DNA of 64,000 nucleotides, from contig NC_043022.1 in the NCBI RefSeq assembly GCF_006345805.1, forward strand, positions 13,826,001-13,890,000. Reading direction: 5' to 3'. Below the pieces are notes generated by a model that saw nothing but the letters and a program-made list of their open reading frames with translations, was not told the DNA's origin and searched no databases. Below are positions 1 through 12,309 of this stretch, one piece after another. A program made the translations under genes and the position numbers. The stretch is from Octopus sinensis. Taxonomy: Eukaryota. How positions within the stretch are numbered: position 1 is the first letter of the stretch; every line of letters begins with the position of its first letter.

Positions 1-437
1 GTCCCACTGCGTGGCATCTTGGGCAAGTGTCTTCTGCTATAGCCCCGGCCGACCAAAGCTTGTGAGTGGATTTGGTAGACGGAAACTGAAAGAAGCCGTT
101 TGTATATATGTATATGTGTGTGTCTGTGTTTGTCCCCCTCGCATTGCTTGACAACCAATGCTGGTGTGTTTATGTCCCCGTCACTTAGCGGTTCGGCAAA
201 AAGAGACCGATAGAATAAGTACTGGGCTTCCAAAGAATAAGTCCCTGGGTCGATTTGCTCGACTAAAGGCGGTGCTCCAGCATGGCCACAGTCAAATGAC
301 TGAAACAAGTAAAAGAGTAAAGAGTATAAATTAAACTCAGATTGCTTTGTATTCTGGAGATTGAAGAATTAAAAATTTGTATTCCATCTTTTGAACGGTG
401 GCTCTCATGTTTGTTGTATTTTGTTTTTTAATTCTAG

Positions 438-539
438 CTATTATTTGTCCAACCACTTTGATGGCACCATCAGGTGTGAGAAATTGGATGAACTTCACCA
501 CAAACTTTGGCAACGGGAAGTCAACGCCATTACGGAGAA
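438..539 (+). CDS. XRN1: XRN1 exon (1st in window; gene is 5'-partial)
   Basis: ttctAG acceptor, aa|GTAAGG donor; encodes YYLSNHFDGTIRCEKLDELHHKLWQREVNAITE(K), matching recalled human XRN1 WAKEVQGISEH; phase fits the next exon. Confidence 0.88.
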
Positions 540-1288
540 GTAAGGTTTACTTTGATTTGTCGAGAGTGGACATGAGAATTATTTAACTCTTTAGCATTCG
601 GGTTTCTCTGTCAAAATGTAACGCTTCTTTATCCGTATTATCTTGAATTCATCATATATTGCAGCTTTTAGATTTCAATAATGTGATTGTCTACTTGTAG
701 AATGACATTGTATGATAGGTGTGAGAGGTTGGATCTGGTTTGTTTGAAAATAAAGCAGGTAAAATATTTGGGCTGGATATGGCTGGCTTAAATGCTGAAG
801 AGATAAATTTAATTTATTTATTTTTCACTGTATTTCCTTATCAGTCCCTTGCTGTTTTGGCTTGAGTTGAAGAGTCTGTCTTGCGAGACTTTGCTGTGAT
901 GTCCCAAACTCTGCAGGAACGGCACACAGCCATAAAAAAAAACATGCCAAAACTAAGACAGATGCCTGGTGCAGCTCCTGTCAAACTATCCAGCCCATGC
1001 CAGCATGGAAAGCTGATGTTAAATGATGGTGATGTCTGTAGTACAAGAGCTGTGAGCTTTCAATATGGTTAGCCTGTTGCTGGAAAGGCCCACAAGAGAG
1101 ATTCTTCAAGCTGAACCAACTGGGAAGGGACCCAAGGAGAGACTAAGTACAAGATGGTTGGAGAAGGTCCATAGTTTCAGTTGGTCATGCTTGAGAATCC
1201 AGCCAGAAAGCATAATGACAGTTGCTTCTGATAGGCCCCTTATGGAAGAGGTGCCTGAGGACTCTAATCCCTCTAAATATGACCTTCT

Positions 1289-1625
1289 GAGGCACATGGC
1301 TCAGTAGTTAGGGTGTCGAGCTTACGATCGTGAGGTTGTGAATTCGAATCCCGGACCGGGCTGCATGTTGTGTTCTTGAGCAAGACACTTTATTTCACGT
1401 TGCTACAGTTCACTCAGCTGTAGAAATGAGTTGTGACGTCACAGGTGCCAAGCTGTATCGGCCCCTTTGCCTTTCCCTTGGATAACACTGGTGGCATGGA
1501 GAGGGGCGGCTGGTCTGCATGGGTGACTGCTGGTCTTCCATAAAACAACCTTGCCCGGACTTGTGCCTGGGAGGGTAACTTTCTAGGTGCAATCCCATGG
1601 TCAGTCATGACCGAAGAGGGTCTCA
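1289..1625 (+). mobile_element. SINE-D: tRNA-head CORE-like SINE (example)
   Basis: A box TGGCTCAGTAG, B box AATTCGAATCCC, TTCTTGAGCAAGACAC..TTTCAC.TTGCT.CAGT.CACTCAGCTG; related copies near 22040, 39031, 44176, 45235. Confidence 0.8.
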
Positions 1626-2388
1626 GAGGAACAGTAGGCAGCAAAAGTGGAAGGATGGATATTCTTTACTTTCCCCCTTTTCGTGTATGTTTTCCAAGCA
1701 TCCATTTTAAATTGAGAACAAAATTTGTTGAGTGAGATTTTTTTTTTACGGCTGGATTCTCTCCCTGTTGCCAAACCTCGCCTGTTTCCAAACATCGAAT
1801 TTCCTTTCTCCCTGGCTTGCAAGCGGAGGAGACAATTCGTTTGATGAGGGCACTTGTTTAAAACTTTAACCTGATGTCAAGACAAGCTTCTTTCAGTTTC
1901 CGTCTACCAAATCCACTCAGAAGGCTTTAGTCAGCCTGTGGCTATAGTAGAAGACACTTGCCCAAGGTGCCACGCAGTGGGACTGAACCTGCAAAACCTG
2001 AAACCACTTGCTTGGACAATAAATTTCTTAAACCCTCAGCCATGCTCCCCCCCCCTTCGTGTAATGTAAGAGTTTTCTCTTTTCTTTCCCTCACTCCCTT
2101 CCTCTTCTGCCTCACCTTGCTCCTTTCTCTGTCGTGTTCTTCCCTCACCCCACCCCTTCTCATCTTTCCTTCTCCCTTTCCTTTTACCCCTATTATGTCC
2201 CCTCTTACATTTGTCCTTCCGTCTCTCCCCTTCACTATCCTCCCACCTCAACATCTTGCCATTAGTTTCTCTCCTCCTCCCCTGACTACACCTCTCATAC
2301 CCCACCCCCTTAATTTTCTTCTCCCTCATCCCTCCCACCAACATCTTAATCCTCATTCTTAATCATTATCCTCTTGTTTCTTTTATAG

Positions 2389-2463
2389 ATATCATTCTAC
2401 GCGAGGGATTGAGATTGGTCCAACCTCTGTGTTAATCCGAGCAAGCCCAGTCACTGGACGGAA
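2389..2463 (+). CDS. XRN1: XRN1 exon 2 in window
   Basis: ttttatAG / GTAAGT; YHSTRGIEIGPTSVLIRASPVTGR(K), cf. human YLRRKGIIINETSAVVYAQLLTGRK. Confidence 0.92.
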
Positions 2464-2496
2464 GTAAGTATACACGCACACACACCACACACACCT

Positions 2497-2883
2497 TGGA
2501 AGCACTCTGTCGGTTACGACGACAAGGGTTCCGGTTGATCCGAATCAACGGAACAGCCTGCTCGTGAAATTAACGTGTAAGTGGCTGAGCCCTCCACAGA
2601 CACGTGTACCCTTAACGTAGTTCTCGGGGATATTCAGCGTGACACAGAGAGTGACAAAGCCAGCCCTTTGAAATACAGGTACAACAGAAACAGGAAGTAA
2701 GAGTGAGAGAAAGTTGTGGTGAAAGAGTACAGCAGGGATCACCACCATCCCCTGCCGGAGCCTCGTGGAGCTTTTAGGTGTTTTCGCTCAATAAACACTC
2801 ACAACGCCCGGTCTGGGAATCGAAACCGCGATCCTACGACTGCGAGTCTGCTGCCCTAACCACTGGGCCATTGCGCCTCCATA
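2497..2883 (-). mobile_element. SINE-E: tRNA-derived SINE with 11-bp TSD
   Basis: head GGAGGCGCAATGGCCCAGTGG...GGTTTCGATTCCC; CACACACACCT at 2486-2496 and 2884-2894. Confidence 0.8.
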
Positions 2884-3266
2884 CACACACACCTGTCATG
2901 AATGCTAAAGCAACTAGCATTCCCCTCGCCTTTACATCCACCACCACCATAATATGAAAGTTTCCCCACCACCACCACAATATGAAAGTCCCCACCACCA
3001 CCACCTTGTTGGCTCAGCCTATCAATGTTTTTGAGAGCAAACAGAAGACAACCAACCAGCTCAGCTAGACATAGATGCTAACCTTCAGTTGCCTGTTGTC
3101 TTCTTTGTTTTTGATTTTCTTGTTCCATCCAACAGGACAAAATAAGTTGACCCTCTCTCTACCCCTAAACAACTGACGTCTCTTTTTCTCACATGTATTT
3201 TCAAGACCCTGCTCCTTTCAAATGATTTCATCTCTTCTCCACTCCTGTTTTTCTTAAACTTACCAG

Positions 3267-3354
3267 ATATGTTGCTGGACCTGCTGGCAAAATCACTCTC
3301 CAGAAGCAGTTCTCAGAAAAAACTATGCCTTATGCCTTACAAGCCACTGTCAGG
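3267..3354 (+). CDS. XRN1: XRN1 exon 3 in window
   Basis: taccAG / GTAAGT; YVAGPAGKITLQKQFSEKTMPYALQATVR, cf. human LEKQWSKQVVPFVYQTIVK. Confidence 0.92.
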
Positions 3355-3632
3355 GTAAGTAGATGACATTGATCTCCTTCTCTTCTCTCCCATCCTCCTC
3401 TATAACAGTGTTAGCAAGTTGGACTCGGCTGTGTCATCCTGGGAGACGTTGTTGTTTCTAACCTTAATCCTGCAGGCTTATTTCACTTTGATCTTCCTGA
3501 AGATAGCAGTTTTTTTTTTCATGTGTATGTTAATGTCTATGCGTTTTTTTTCTTTTAAAATTAAGGATTTGGGTTACATCAATCTAGAATTTCCTTCAAA
3601 TTCTTATCATTTTTCTTTTGTCTGTATTGTAG

Positions 3633-3746
3633 GACATCATTTCTGAAGAACCAGAGTATTCTGATGAAAAGACCATTGACGAGGTGTTTACAGTTGATAC
3701 TTCAGTTTTCATGTTAAGTGGAACTTATTATGGCTTCCATGGAAAA
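3633..3746 (+). CDS. XRN1: XRN1 exon 4 in window
   Basis: ttgtAG / GTAAGT; DIISEEPEYSDEKTIDEVFTVDTSVFMLSGTYYGFHGK, cf. human VFMLGTPYYGCTGE. Confidence 0.93.
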
Positions 3747-5611
3747 GTAAGTAATTAGTCAAACTTTTTTAAGAATATTTTCATTGGTGCAGATGGAGGC
3801 AGTGTGGTTAAGAAGCTTGCTTTGCAGCTAATTTGGGCTTTGGGATCAGTCCCACTGTGTGGTACTTTGGCCAAGGGTCTTCTATTATAGCTCTGGGTTA
3901 ACGCTAACCCTAACCCAAAGCCTTCTGAGTGAATTTAGTATATGGGGAAACTGTGGGAAAACCTGTTATGTGTGTGTGTTCCTCTCCCCACCACTTGACA
4001 ACTGCTATTGGTTTGTTTATGTCCCTTTTAGTTAGTAGTTTGGCAAAGGAGATCCTTTTGAGGGTCATGATGAATCTCTTAAGGGGACGAAAGCACTCAA
4101 TAGCTTTTATTCAAATCCTGACTACCTTCTTTTATTAATATATATCATCATCATCATTTAACATCCATTTTCCATGCTGGCATGGGTTGGACAGTTTGAC
4201 CAGAGCTGGCAAACTGCATCAGGCTCCAGTCTGATTTGGCTTGGTTTTTCTATGGCTGGATGCCCTTCCTAATGCCAACCACTTTATAGTGTGTGCTGAG
4301 TGATTTTATGTGGCACCAGCATGAGTGTTTTTTACATGGCTCTGGCCCAGGACCCTTACAGGCCAATCCTTTTTTTACCAAGGGGAGTAACCTTAACACT
4401 TCTGCTGTGGAGTACAAGACTTCTTGAGTACAGCAAGGCGCTAGGTAGTCAGTCCGTCCTTTGTTGTGTATATATGTTTAGGCTTTCACTTCATACACGT
4501 CAGCTCAATTTGATTCATTCTCAGTCGAAAGACACCTGTTGTTATTTTCTTGTTGTTTGTATTTGTAATTCTGTACCATGTTCTCCATTTTTTTGTCTTT
4601 GTTGCCGTACACATTTGCTAGCTTTCTTACAAAAAGGTCTAATGCTCTTAGCTTAGACTTTTTGTGGGGGCAACCAGATTGCACTGTCTCAAGTGTAACT
4701 GCCCGAAACAGTTATGACTTCTGGTACTTGACTGAGGAAAGGCGGCCACGAATGGCCCGTCTTGTTTTGCCTGTCCTACTATTTGCTGTTTCTCCTATCC
4801 GACTTTGTATCGTCTATCTGTCCGATTGTTTTATTGTTTTCTATTGCATTTTTGTTTCATATATATATATATATATATAATCATTGTTTAACGTCCGCTT
4901 TCCATGCTGGCATGGGTTGGACGATTTGACTGAGGGCTGGCGAACCAGATGGCTGCACCAGGCTTCAATCTTGATCTGGCAGAGTTTCTACAGCTGGATA
5001 CCCTTCCTAACGCCAATCACTTCGAGAGTGTAGTGGGTGCTTTTACATGCCACCAGCATGAGGGCCAGTCAGGCTGTACTGGCAACGGCCATGCACAAAT
5101 GGTGTATTTTTTTTTACATGCCACCAGCATGAGGGCCAGTCAGTCAGTATTTTTTTTTACGTGCCACCTGCACAGGAGCCAGTCCAGCGGCACTGGCAAC
5201 GACCTCACTCGAATGTTTTTTCACGTGCCACCGTCAAGGGATCCGACGTGAACTCATAGGAGTATGTGTATATACACTGGTGCAAAGAGTTTGTCTTGTG
5301 ACCAGCGTTTCACATCACCCTGGTCTTCTGCTGAATGTGTATCGATAAAGAGCAAGGAACAGGCTTTTGTGGCTGGAGGAGATTCATGACTTCTGTTGCA
5401 CTTTATGAGAGAATTGTAATGTGGTGGTGATGGGGTGAGCGAATAGAAGAGAGTGTGTGGGGACAGAAGATCATGAATGGTGGGGGTGTATAAAGCGGTT
5501 GTAAGGGTCTGGTTGGGAGAGGGAGAGAGAATTGTGAGGAGTCTCTGAATCCCTGTTTTAATTATTGTTGTAGTTGTTGTTGTTATTGTCTGCCATCCCT
5601 TATTGTTTCAG

Positions 5612-5704
5612 GTTTCAGAAGTCAACAAGGACCAATGTACTGTGTCTGTTTCTATCCCTGTCCCCTATGAACCCAACTTGGATAACATCATCCATAACCA
5701 ACAG
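5612..5704 (+). CDS. XRN1: XRN1 exon 5 in window
   Basis: tttcAG / GTGATA; VSEVNKDQCTVSVSIPVPYEPNLDNIIHNQQ, cf. human IPCEPNLDALIQNQ. Confidence 0.9.
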
Positions 5705-6253
5705 GTGATAACTTTACGTTTTTATTTATTTTTCTCTCTTGGCCATTTTGTACACCAAACAATACTCTCTCCCTCACCTTTTCTTTTCCTTTCACACTCT
5801 CTCTCTTATCCTCTCTCCTCTTTCTCTCAATCAAATGATCTAGAAATAGAACTTCAAAAACAAACACTCGTTAATCATTATTCATCAATCATTATGTAAG
5901 AAATTTCCATTAAATTATTCACCAGCACCACCATCACCTCCTCATTTGATGTCCAATTATTTTTCCCTTTGCTGGCATCGTTCAGTCTGTTTCAGCCCCT
6001 TATTTCCCCATTTGTTGCACCCTGCTCCCTTGTCAAACAGCAGACAACACACTCTGTCAGCATCGGTCCAAGTCATTCGTTTGCTTTCTTCGTTTGGCCT
6101 GGATTTTACAAATGGTTCGTTTTCCTATTGCTAATTACTTCACAACACAGATTAAAACGGAAGATGACGCATCCGCTCATGCCATTCACCCTGGAGAGTT
6201 CCATCAATCAGTTTTTATTCTTAAGACGAATTGCTTCTGGTATGGCTTGCAAA

Positions 6254-6803
6254 GTGATTGCAGAATCGTTAGCATGCCGGGTAAAATGCTTTCCAGTATT
6301 TCGTCTGCAGTTACGTTCTGAGTTCAAATTCCGCCGAGGTCGACTTTGCCTTTCATCCTTTCGGGGTCGATAAATAAAAGTACCAGTTTCGCACTGGGGT
6401 CGATGTCATCGACTTGTCTGTCCCCTCTGTGTTTAGCCCCTTGTGGGTAGTAAAGGAATAGGTATTTTGTCTGCTGTTACGTTCTGAGTTCAAATTCCGC
6501 CGAGGTCGACTTTGCCTTTCATCCTTTCAGGGTTGATTAAATAAGTACCAGTTACGTACTGGGGTCGACTTGATCTGTTTGTCTGTCCTTGTTTGTCCCC
6601 TCTGTGATTAGCCCCTTGTGGGTAGTAAAGAAATAGGTATTTCGTCTGCCATTACGTTCTGAGTTCAAATTCCGCCGAGGTCGACTTTGCCTTTCATCCT
6701 TTCGGGGTCGATTAAATAAGTACCAGTTACGTACTGGGGTTGATGTCATCGACTTGTCTGTCCCCTCTGTGTTTAGCCCCTTGTGGGTAGTAAAAAAAAA
6801 ATA
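6254..6803 (+). mobile_element. trimeric SINE-C flanked by a 15-bp TSD
   Basis: three internal units starting at 6311, 6477 and 6652; GGTATGGCTTGCAAA at 6239-6253 and 6804-6818. Confidence 0.8.
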
Positions 6804-6886
6804 GGTATGGCTTGCAAACTTTACAATATTCTGCCAGTTCTGGCCTTTCTTTCTCTCTTTATTAATTATCCTTTCCTCGTTGACAG

Positions 6887-7143
6887 TTGTACGAGAAGCG
6901 GTATTATTCAGCCAGCGACGCAGCCATGCGTTTGGGCATCAGTAACTATTTCCTGTCCCACATCACCGAATCGGTGTTCGTTGTGCGCAACTCTCGCAAC
7001 GGATCAAACGAGCAGAAAGTCAACATTGGCCTCGGTTTGAAAGTGCATCGGAGAAGTGAAGCGCCAGGTTACACCAAATTTATGTTCGACACCTGGCATT
7101 ATTCCGAGAAGACATTGGACTGTGTTCACCAATATTTGCAGAG
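6887..7143 (+). CDS. XRN1: XRN1 exon 6 in window (winged-helix region)
   Basis: gacAG / GTAAGT; LYEKRYYSASDAAMRLGISNYFLSHITESVF...KVNIGLGLK...PGYTK...WHYSE, cf. human ANVGLNLK..VPGYTK..WMYS. Confidence 0.95.
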
Positions 7144-7155
7144 GTAAGTACAGGT

Positions 7156-7550
7156 TACTCTTTTACTTGTTTCAGTCATTTGACTGTGGCCATGCTGGAG
7201 CACCGCCTTTAATCGAGCAACTCGACCCCGGAACTTATTCTTTTGTAAGCCCAGTACTTATTCTATCGGTCTCTTTTGCCGAACCACTAAGTGACGGGGA
7301 CGTAAACACACCAGCATTGGTTGTCAAGCAATGCTAAGCGGACAAACACAGACACACACACACATATATATATATATACATATATACGATGGGCTTCTTT
7401 CAGTTTCCGTCTCCCAAATCCACTCACAAGGCTTTGGTTGGCCCGAGGCTATAGTAGAAGACACTTACCCAAGGTGCCACGCAGTGGGACTGAACCCGGA
7501 ACCATGTGGTTGGTTAGCAAGCAACTTACCACACAGCCACTCCTGCGCCT
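7156..7550 (-). mobile_element. SINE-A: tRNA-head, CORE-like SINE with CR1-type tail (full-length example)
   Basis: GGCGCAGGAGTGGCTGTGTGG...GGTTCAGTCCC...CTTGGGCAAGTG...(TA/TG)n...GGCGGTGCTCCAGCATGGCC.CAGTCAAATGACTGAAAC; 20 or more full/partial copies, e.g. 1-326, 11207-11583, 16820-17166, 35263-35682, 40548-41400 (split), 62051-62430, 63309-63720. Confidence 0.9.
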
Positions 7551-8670
7551 ATGTTGTTTTTTTTTGGGGCTTGCTTATCATTTATCCCCATAAAATAAAC
7601 TTTTGTGTTGTGAAGTCTGATTAATGCAAAGGGCATTCTACCAAACCCCTTTTTCCAATTCACCTGTTTAGCAAAATCTCATCAAGGTAACCTCTTACAT
7701 TACTACGGTGTTGTGAGGATGCCCCCATCCTGCTGGAAATAAAACTCTGCATTTTCAAAGTCCTCTTCTGATGAAGAGCCATGCTTGGTGTGTCATCTTC
7801 CATCTTAAACTTCCTCTGTGTGTATCAACCTAATATATTCACTACATACATCCTTTTGTTTTTACTTTTATTTTCAATTTACCTATGTATATATATATAT
7901 ATATCATCATCATCATCGTTTAACGTCCGTTTTCCACGCTAGCACGGGTTGGACGGTTCGACCGGGGTCTGGGAAGCCAGGGGCTGCACCAAGCTCCAGT
8001 CTGATCTGGCAGTGTTTCTACACCTGGATGCCCTTCCTAACGCCAACCACTCCGCGAGTGTAGTGGGTGCTTTTTACGTACCACCTGCACAGGTGCCAGA
8101 GGGGTCTGGCATCGGCCACGATCGGTTGGTGCTTTTTATGTGCCACCGGCACAGAAGCCAGTCGAGGCGGTGCTGGCATTGGCCACGTTCGGATGGTGCT
8201 TTTTATGTGCCACCGGCACAGAAGCCAGTATATATATATATATATATCATCATCATCGTTTAACGTCTGCTTTCCAAGCTAGCATGGGTTGGATGATTTG
8301 ACTGAGGTCTGCCGAACCAGATGGCTGCACCAGACTCCAATCTGATATATATATATATATTTACCTGTATTTACATACATTATTTATGTAGATGTTTGTG
8401 TGTGTTATCATCATCGTTTAACATCTGCTTTCCATGCTGGCATGGCTGGGTCGGTTTGACAGGAGCCAGCCAGGCAGAAGCCTGCACCAGACCTCTGTGT
8501 CTGTTTTGGCAGGGTTTCTACAGCTGGATGCCCTTCCTAACACCAACTACCTAGCAGAGCAACAAAGATTGGCATATTTTATGTGCACATTTTATGACAT
8601 AGAATGACATATCTAATATGCATACGCACACACACATATACTCATATCCATCCTGACATCTTCCCAACAG

Positions 8671-8757
8671 GTTTCCAGAACTCTTTGAAATCATTTCAAC
8701 TCAGGGACATTCATATCATGATGCTTTGCCGGAAAACAAAGTCTTCAGCAACCTCAG
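8671..8757 (+). CDS. XRN1: XRN1 exon 7 in window
   Basis: caacAG / GTAAGG; (R)FPELFEIISTQGHSYHDALPENKVFSNL, cf. human RAPELFSYI; phases 2/2 fit. Confidence 0.9.
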
Positions 8758-8860
8758 GTAAGGACTTCCACATTATTCCCATCTCTCTGTGTCTGTGTTT
8801 CTCAACAAAGTCAATGTCACTTTCGGTTTTGTTTTTGTTCTTAATACAAACATAATTACT

Positions 8861-9088
8861 TTAACCCTTTAGTGTTCAGATTATTCTGTCAAATGTGATG
8901 TTCGTTTATTTAAAATGGATTGAATTAATCCTGCATTATCTTGTAGTTTAGAGATTTCAGTGATGTGATTTTTTAGTTTTAGAATGACATGGTAGGGCTG
9001 GGGTGAGAGGTGAGATCTGGTCAGTTTCAATATAAAACAGGTTAAATATTTTGGCCAGATATGGCCGGTTTGAATGCTAAAGGGTTAA
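8861..9088. mobile_element. piggyBac-type MITE family 1
   Basis: TTAA-CCCTTTAG ... CTAAAGGG-TTAA; other copies at 60308-60532 (reverse), about 583-806 and about 46880-47125. Confidence 0.85.
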
Positions 9089-9754
9089 GAGGGAAATCTC
9101 TTTCAATGAATTCTCAGTTGTCTGAAAATGAAATGTTGAGGGATGAGGGGCTGGTTGATTACATCGACCCCAGTGTTTCACTGTACTTAGTTTATTGACC
9201 CTGAAGGGATGAAAAGTAATGTTGACTTCGGTGGAATTTGAACTCAGAACGTAAAGATGGACAAAATGCTGACAATTAACTGGGTGCCACTCACTAAATC
9301 TGTGGCTGGTGCAAAGTCCCAGCTAGGTCAAGGGTGACATGGTAGTGGAACCAGGAGGTGGACAGCACCAAAAAGCAAAGAGACAAGCTTGGAAAGACTG
9401 GAAAAAAGGTAGAAGCAGAGAATTATATCAGGGAGCCAAAAGGGCAGCTGGGCGTCAGGTAGAAAAGGAGTAGCTGAAGGTAAGAGATTTGCGTATGTCC
9501 TACGACATGAGGATCAGAAGTGTGAGGGGTTGAGGATTGCAAAGCAGTGTGTCAGAGAGAATAGAGATGTGGTAGGTGAGAAATGTGTGTGTGAATGGAT
9601 AATGGTATGCTTGTACTTAGTGACTCAGAGAAGAAAGTTGCATGGAAGTGTCACTTGTGAAAGGTTACTAAATGTGGAGAATGAATGGGAAAAGGAGTCT
9701 CTTTCAAATATCGAACCAATTGAGGGACCATCTGTCAGTGTGGAGGGAGCAGTA

Positions 9755-10031
9755 TCTCTCTCTATATAAACGGCAGTTTGTCTGTCTGTGTGTCTGTCAG
9801 GTTGTACCCTCACCCTGACCACGGCTTTCAACCGATTCTGATGAAACTTGACACACACATAGCCCAATGTCATAATTCAAAACTGACGCAGCGAAAACTT
9901 TGAAAAGTTCCCCCAGTTCTGAAAAAATCGATAAATTCGACATGGGGTCGAGAATCTAAGCTTTTTATATGCAACACATTTTCTGTCTCGGGAACACAAC
10001 TCGACCTTTTTATCGCCCAAAGGGACAGCTA
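9755..10031 (+). mobile_element. second Helitron-like non-autonomous element
   Basis: A|TCTCTCTCTATATAAA start, CTGT repeats, ACGGC..AACCGATT.TGATGAAACTT motif; possible CTAG end at 10028-10031. Confidence 0.5.
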
Positions 10032-10089
10032 GGAACATCGTATACACAGAAGTATTCGAGTGAAGAGAAGACATTGCAACCTACACATG

Positions 10090-10830
10090 CGCCTTCGTTC
10101 CCTAGAGGGAAAGGACTAGATTGGGATTAGTCGTTGCCTACTAGGGGCTCTTACATACCCAGGAAACGCCGGGCTATGCTGCTAGTAATAGATAAGGCAA
10201 ATGAGGATATGAAGACTAGGAAAGCCCTTGGGCCATTGGGTATCACTGCTGAGATGATTAGAATATCTGCTGGCATGGGATACAGCCTAGTCACTCGTAT
10301 AGTTAATCAGGTTATTCAGGAAGGCATCATCCCGAAAGACTGGTGTGGTTGTGTTATAGTCAGCTGCTACAAGGGTAAAGGTGATGCCTTAGAAACAACT
10401 ACAGAGATATGAAACTGCTGAACCAAGTGATGAAAGTTAGAGAGAGAGAGTTCTAATCTCAACTGATTAGGGATAGAATTAAACTAGATGAGATGCAGTT
10501 TGGTTTTGTTCCTGGAAGAAGTACCACAGATGCTATCTTCATAGTGAGACGGTTACAAGGAAAATATTCAGCCAAAAGTAAACCATTATACTTAGCCTTC
10601 GTTGACCTGGAAACTTTTGACTGGGTCCCCTGCTCTCTTATCTGGTGGTCTCTAAGGAAGCTAGGAGTAGAGGAGTGGCTTGTTAGAGCCGTGCCAGCCA
10701 TGTACAGTGATGCTGTCAGTAAGGTCAGGGTCGGTCTTGAATACAGTGATGAATTTAGCATGCAAGTTGGGGTTCATCAGGGCTCAGTTCTTAGTCCACT
10801 CTGATCTTTCGTAGTTCTTCAGGCCATCAG
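10090..10830 (+). mobile_element. RTE-clade LINE remnant (RT domain, frameshifted)
   Basis: KALGPLGITAEM, WCGCVIVSCYKGKGDA, QFGFVPGRSTTDAIF, AFVDLE, GVHQGSVLSPL. Confidence 0.9.
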
Positions 10831-11032
10831 AAACATTAAATATTGTTAGAATAACAGTCAAAAATAAACAAAAAATATGAAATGAGAATTTACAAAAAAA
10901 AAAAAAAAGTTCCAGGCTTTATTTTTTTAATCTTGTTTCAGCCACTGGACTACGGCCATGCTGGGGCACCACCTTTGACTAAAAAAATTGCTAGAGAACG
11001 TGATATAACTTTTGGTGTTTGTCTTGTTTTAG

Positions 11033-11165
11033 GTACACTCTTCAGAACGTGATAGATTTTATAAAGACTTTACCATGCCGTAATATTAAACTTCTGAAAA
11101 GTGGTTCTATGGTGCTCAATGAAGGGGTTGTCGAAGCCATTGCAAATGTAGTGAGAAAGTTGCCG
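11033..11165 (+). CDS. XRN1: XRN1 exon 8 in window
   Basis: ttttAG / GTGAGG; (R)YTLQNVIDFIKTLPCRNIKLLKSGSMVLNEGVVEAIANVVRKLP; phases 2/0 fit. Confidence 0.88.
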
Positions 11166-12309
11166 GTGAGGATTCAACCCTTTTTTTTTTTCTATTTCTC
11201 TCTCTCTTTCTCTTTTACTTGTTTCAGTCATTTGACTGTGGCCATGCTGGAGCACCGCCTTTAGTCGAGCAACTCAACCCCGGGACTTATTCTTTGTAAG
11301 CCCAGTACTTATTCTATCGGTCTCTTTTTGCCGAACCGCTAAGTGACGTAAACATACCAGCATCGGTTGTCAAGCAACGCTAGGGGGACAAACACACACA
11401 CATATATATACATATATACGACGGGCTTCTTTCAGTTTCCGTCTACCAAATCCACTCACAAGGCTTTGGTCGGCCCGAGGCTATAGCAGAAGACACTTGC
11501 TTGAGATGCCACGCAGTGGGACTGAACCCGGAACCATGTGGTTGGTTAGCAAGCTACTTACCACACAGCCACTCCTGCGCCTATGCTGTTTTGTTGTTGT
11601 TAGTTTATTTTTTTTTCTTTTCTTCCCATTACCCATTCATCATCATTACCATCCATTTTTTTAAGATGTGTTCATCTAACTCATCATCATCATCGTTTAA
11701 CGTCCGTTCTCCATGCTAGCATGGGTTGGACGGTATATCATCTATCTGATATATCCCTGTCATCAATAGATACACACACATTTATATACACAAACACACA
11801 TATATACCCCCTTTCTATTCTACACACACACACACATATAGGCGTGAGTGTTTGTCCGCTCCCCATTGCTCGACAGCCGTTGTTGGTATATTTACGTCCT
11901 CATAACTTAGCACTTTGGCAGAAGAGACTGATAGAATAAGTACCAGGCTTACAAAGAATAAGTCCAGGGGTTGATTTCTTCAATTAAAAGGCAATGCTCC
12001 AGCATGGCCTCAGTCAAATGACTGAAACAAATAAAAGAATATGTATATACACACCCACACACACAAATATGAACCCCTTTTTATTCCACATACCCACATG
12101 CATATACATACACACACATGTTGGCGTTAGGAAGGGCATCCAGCTGTAGAAACATTGCCAGATAAGACTGGAGCCTGGTGCAGCCTTCTGGCTTCCCAGA
12201 TCTCCGGTCGAACCGTCCAACCCATGCTAGCATGGAGAACGGACGTTAAACGATGATGATGATGATGACACGCATCATGTATATTTATATACACGCACAT
12301 ATATATCAT

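Noticed and set aside
1958-2362. 134-aa Pro/Leu/Ser-rich ORF and its antisense partners
   Set aside because: It derives from a SINE head plus a pyrimidine-rich tract upstream of exon 2 and has no protein-like features.
7321-7624. Recurrent ORFs such as RHLPKVPRSGTEPGTMWLV and [19 protein letters not shown] found many times
   Set aside because: They recur because they are translations of SINE-A and SINE-B copies, not a gene family.
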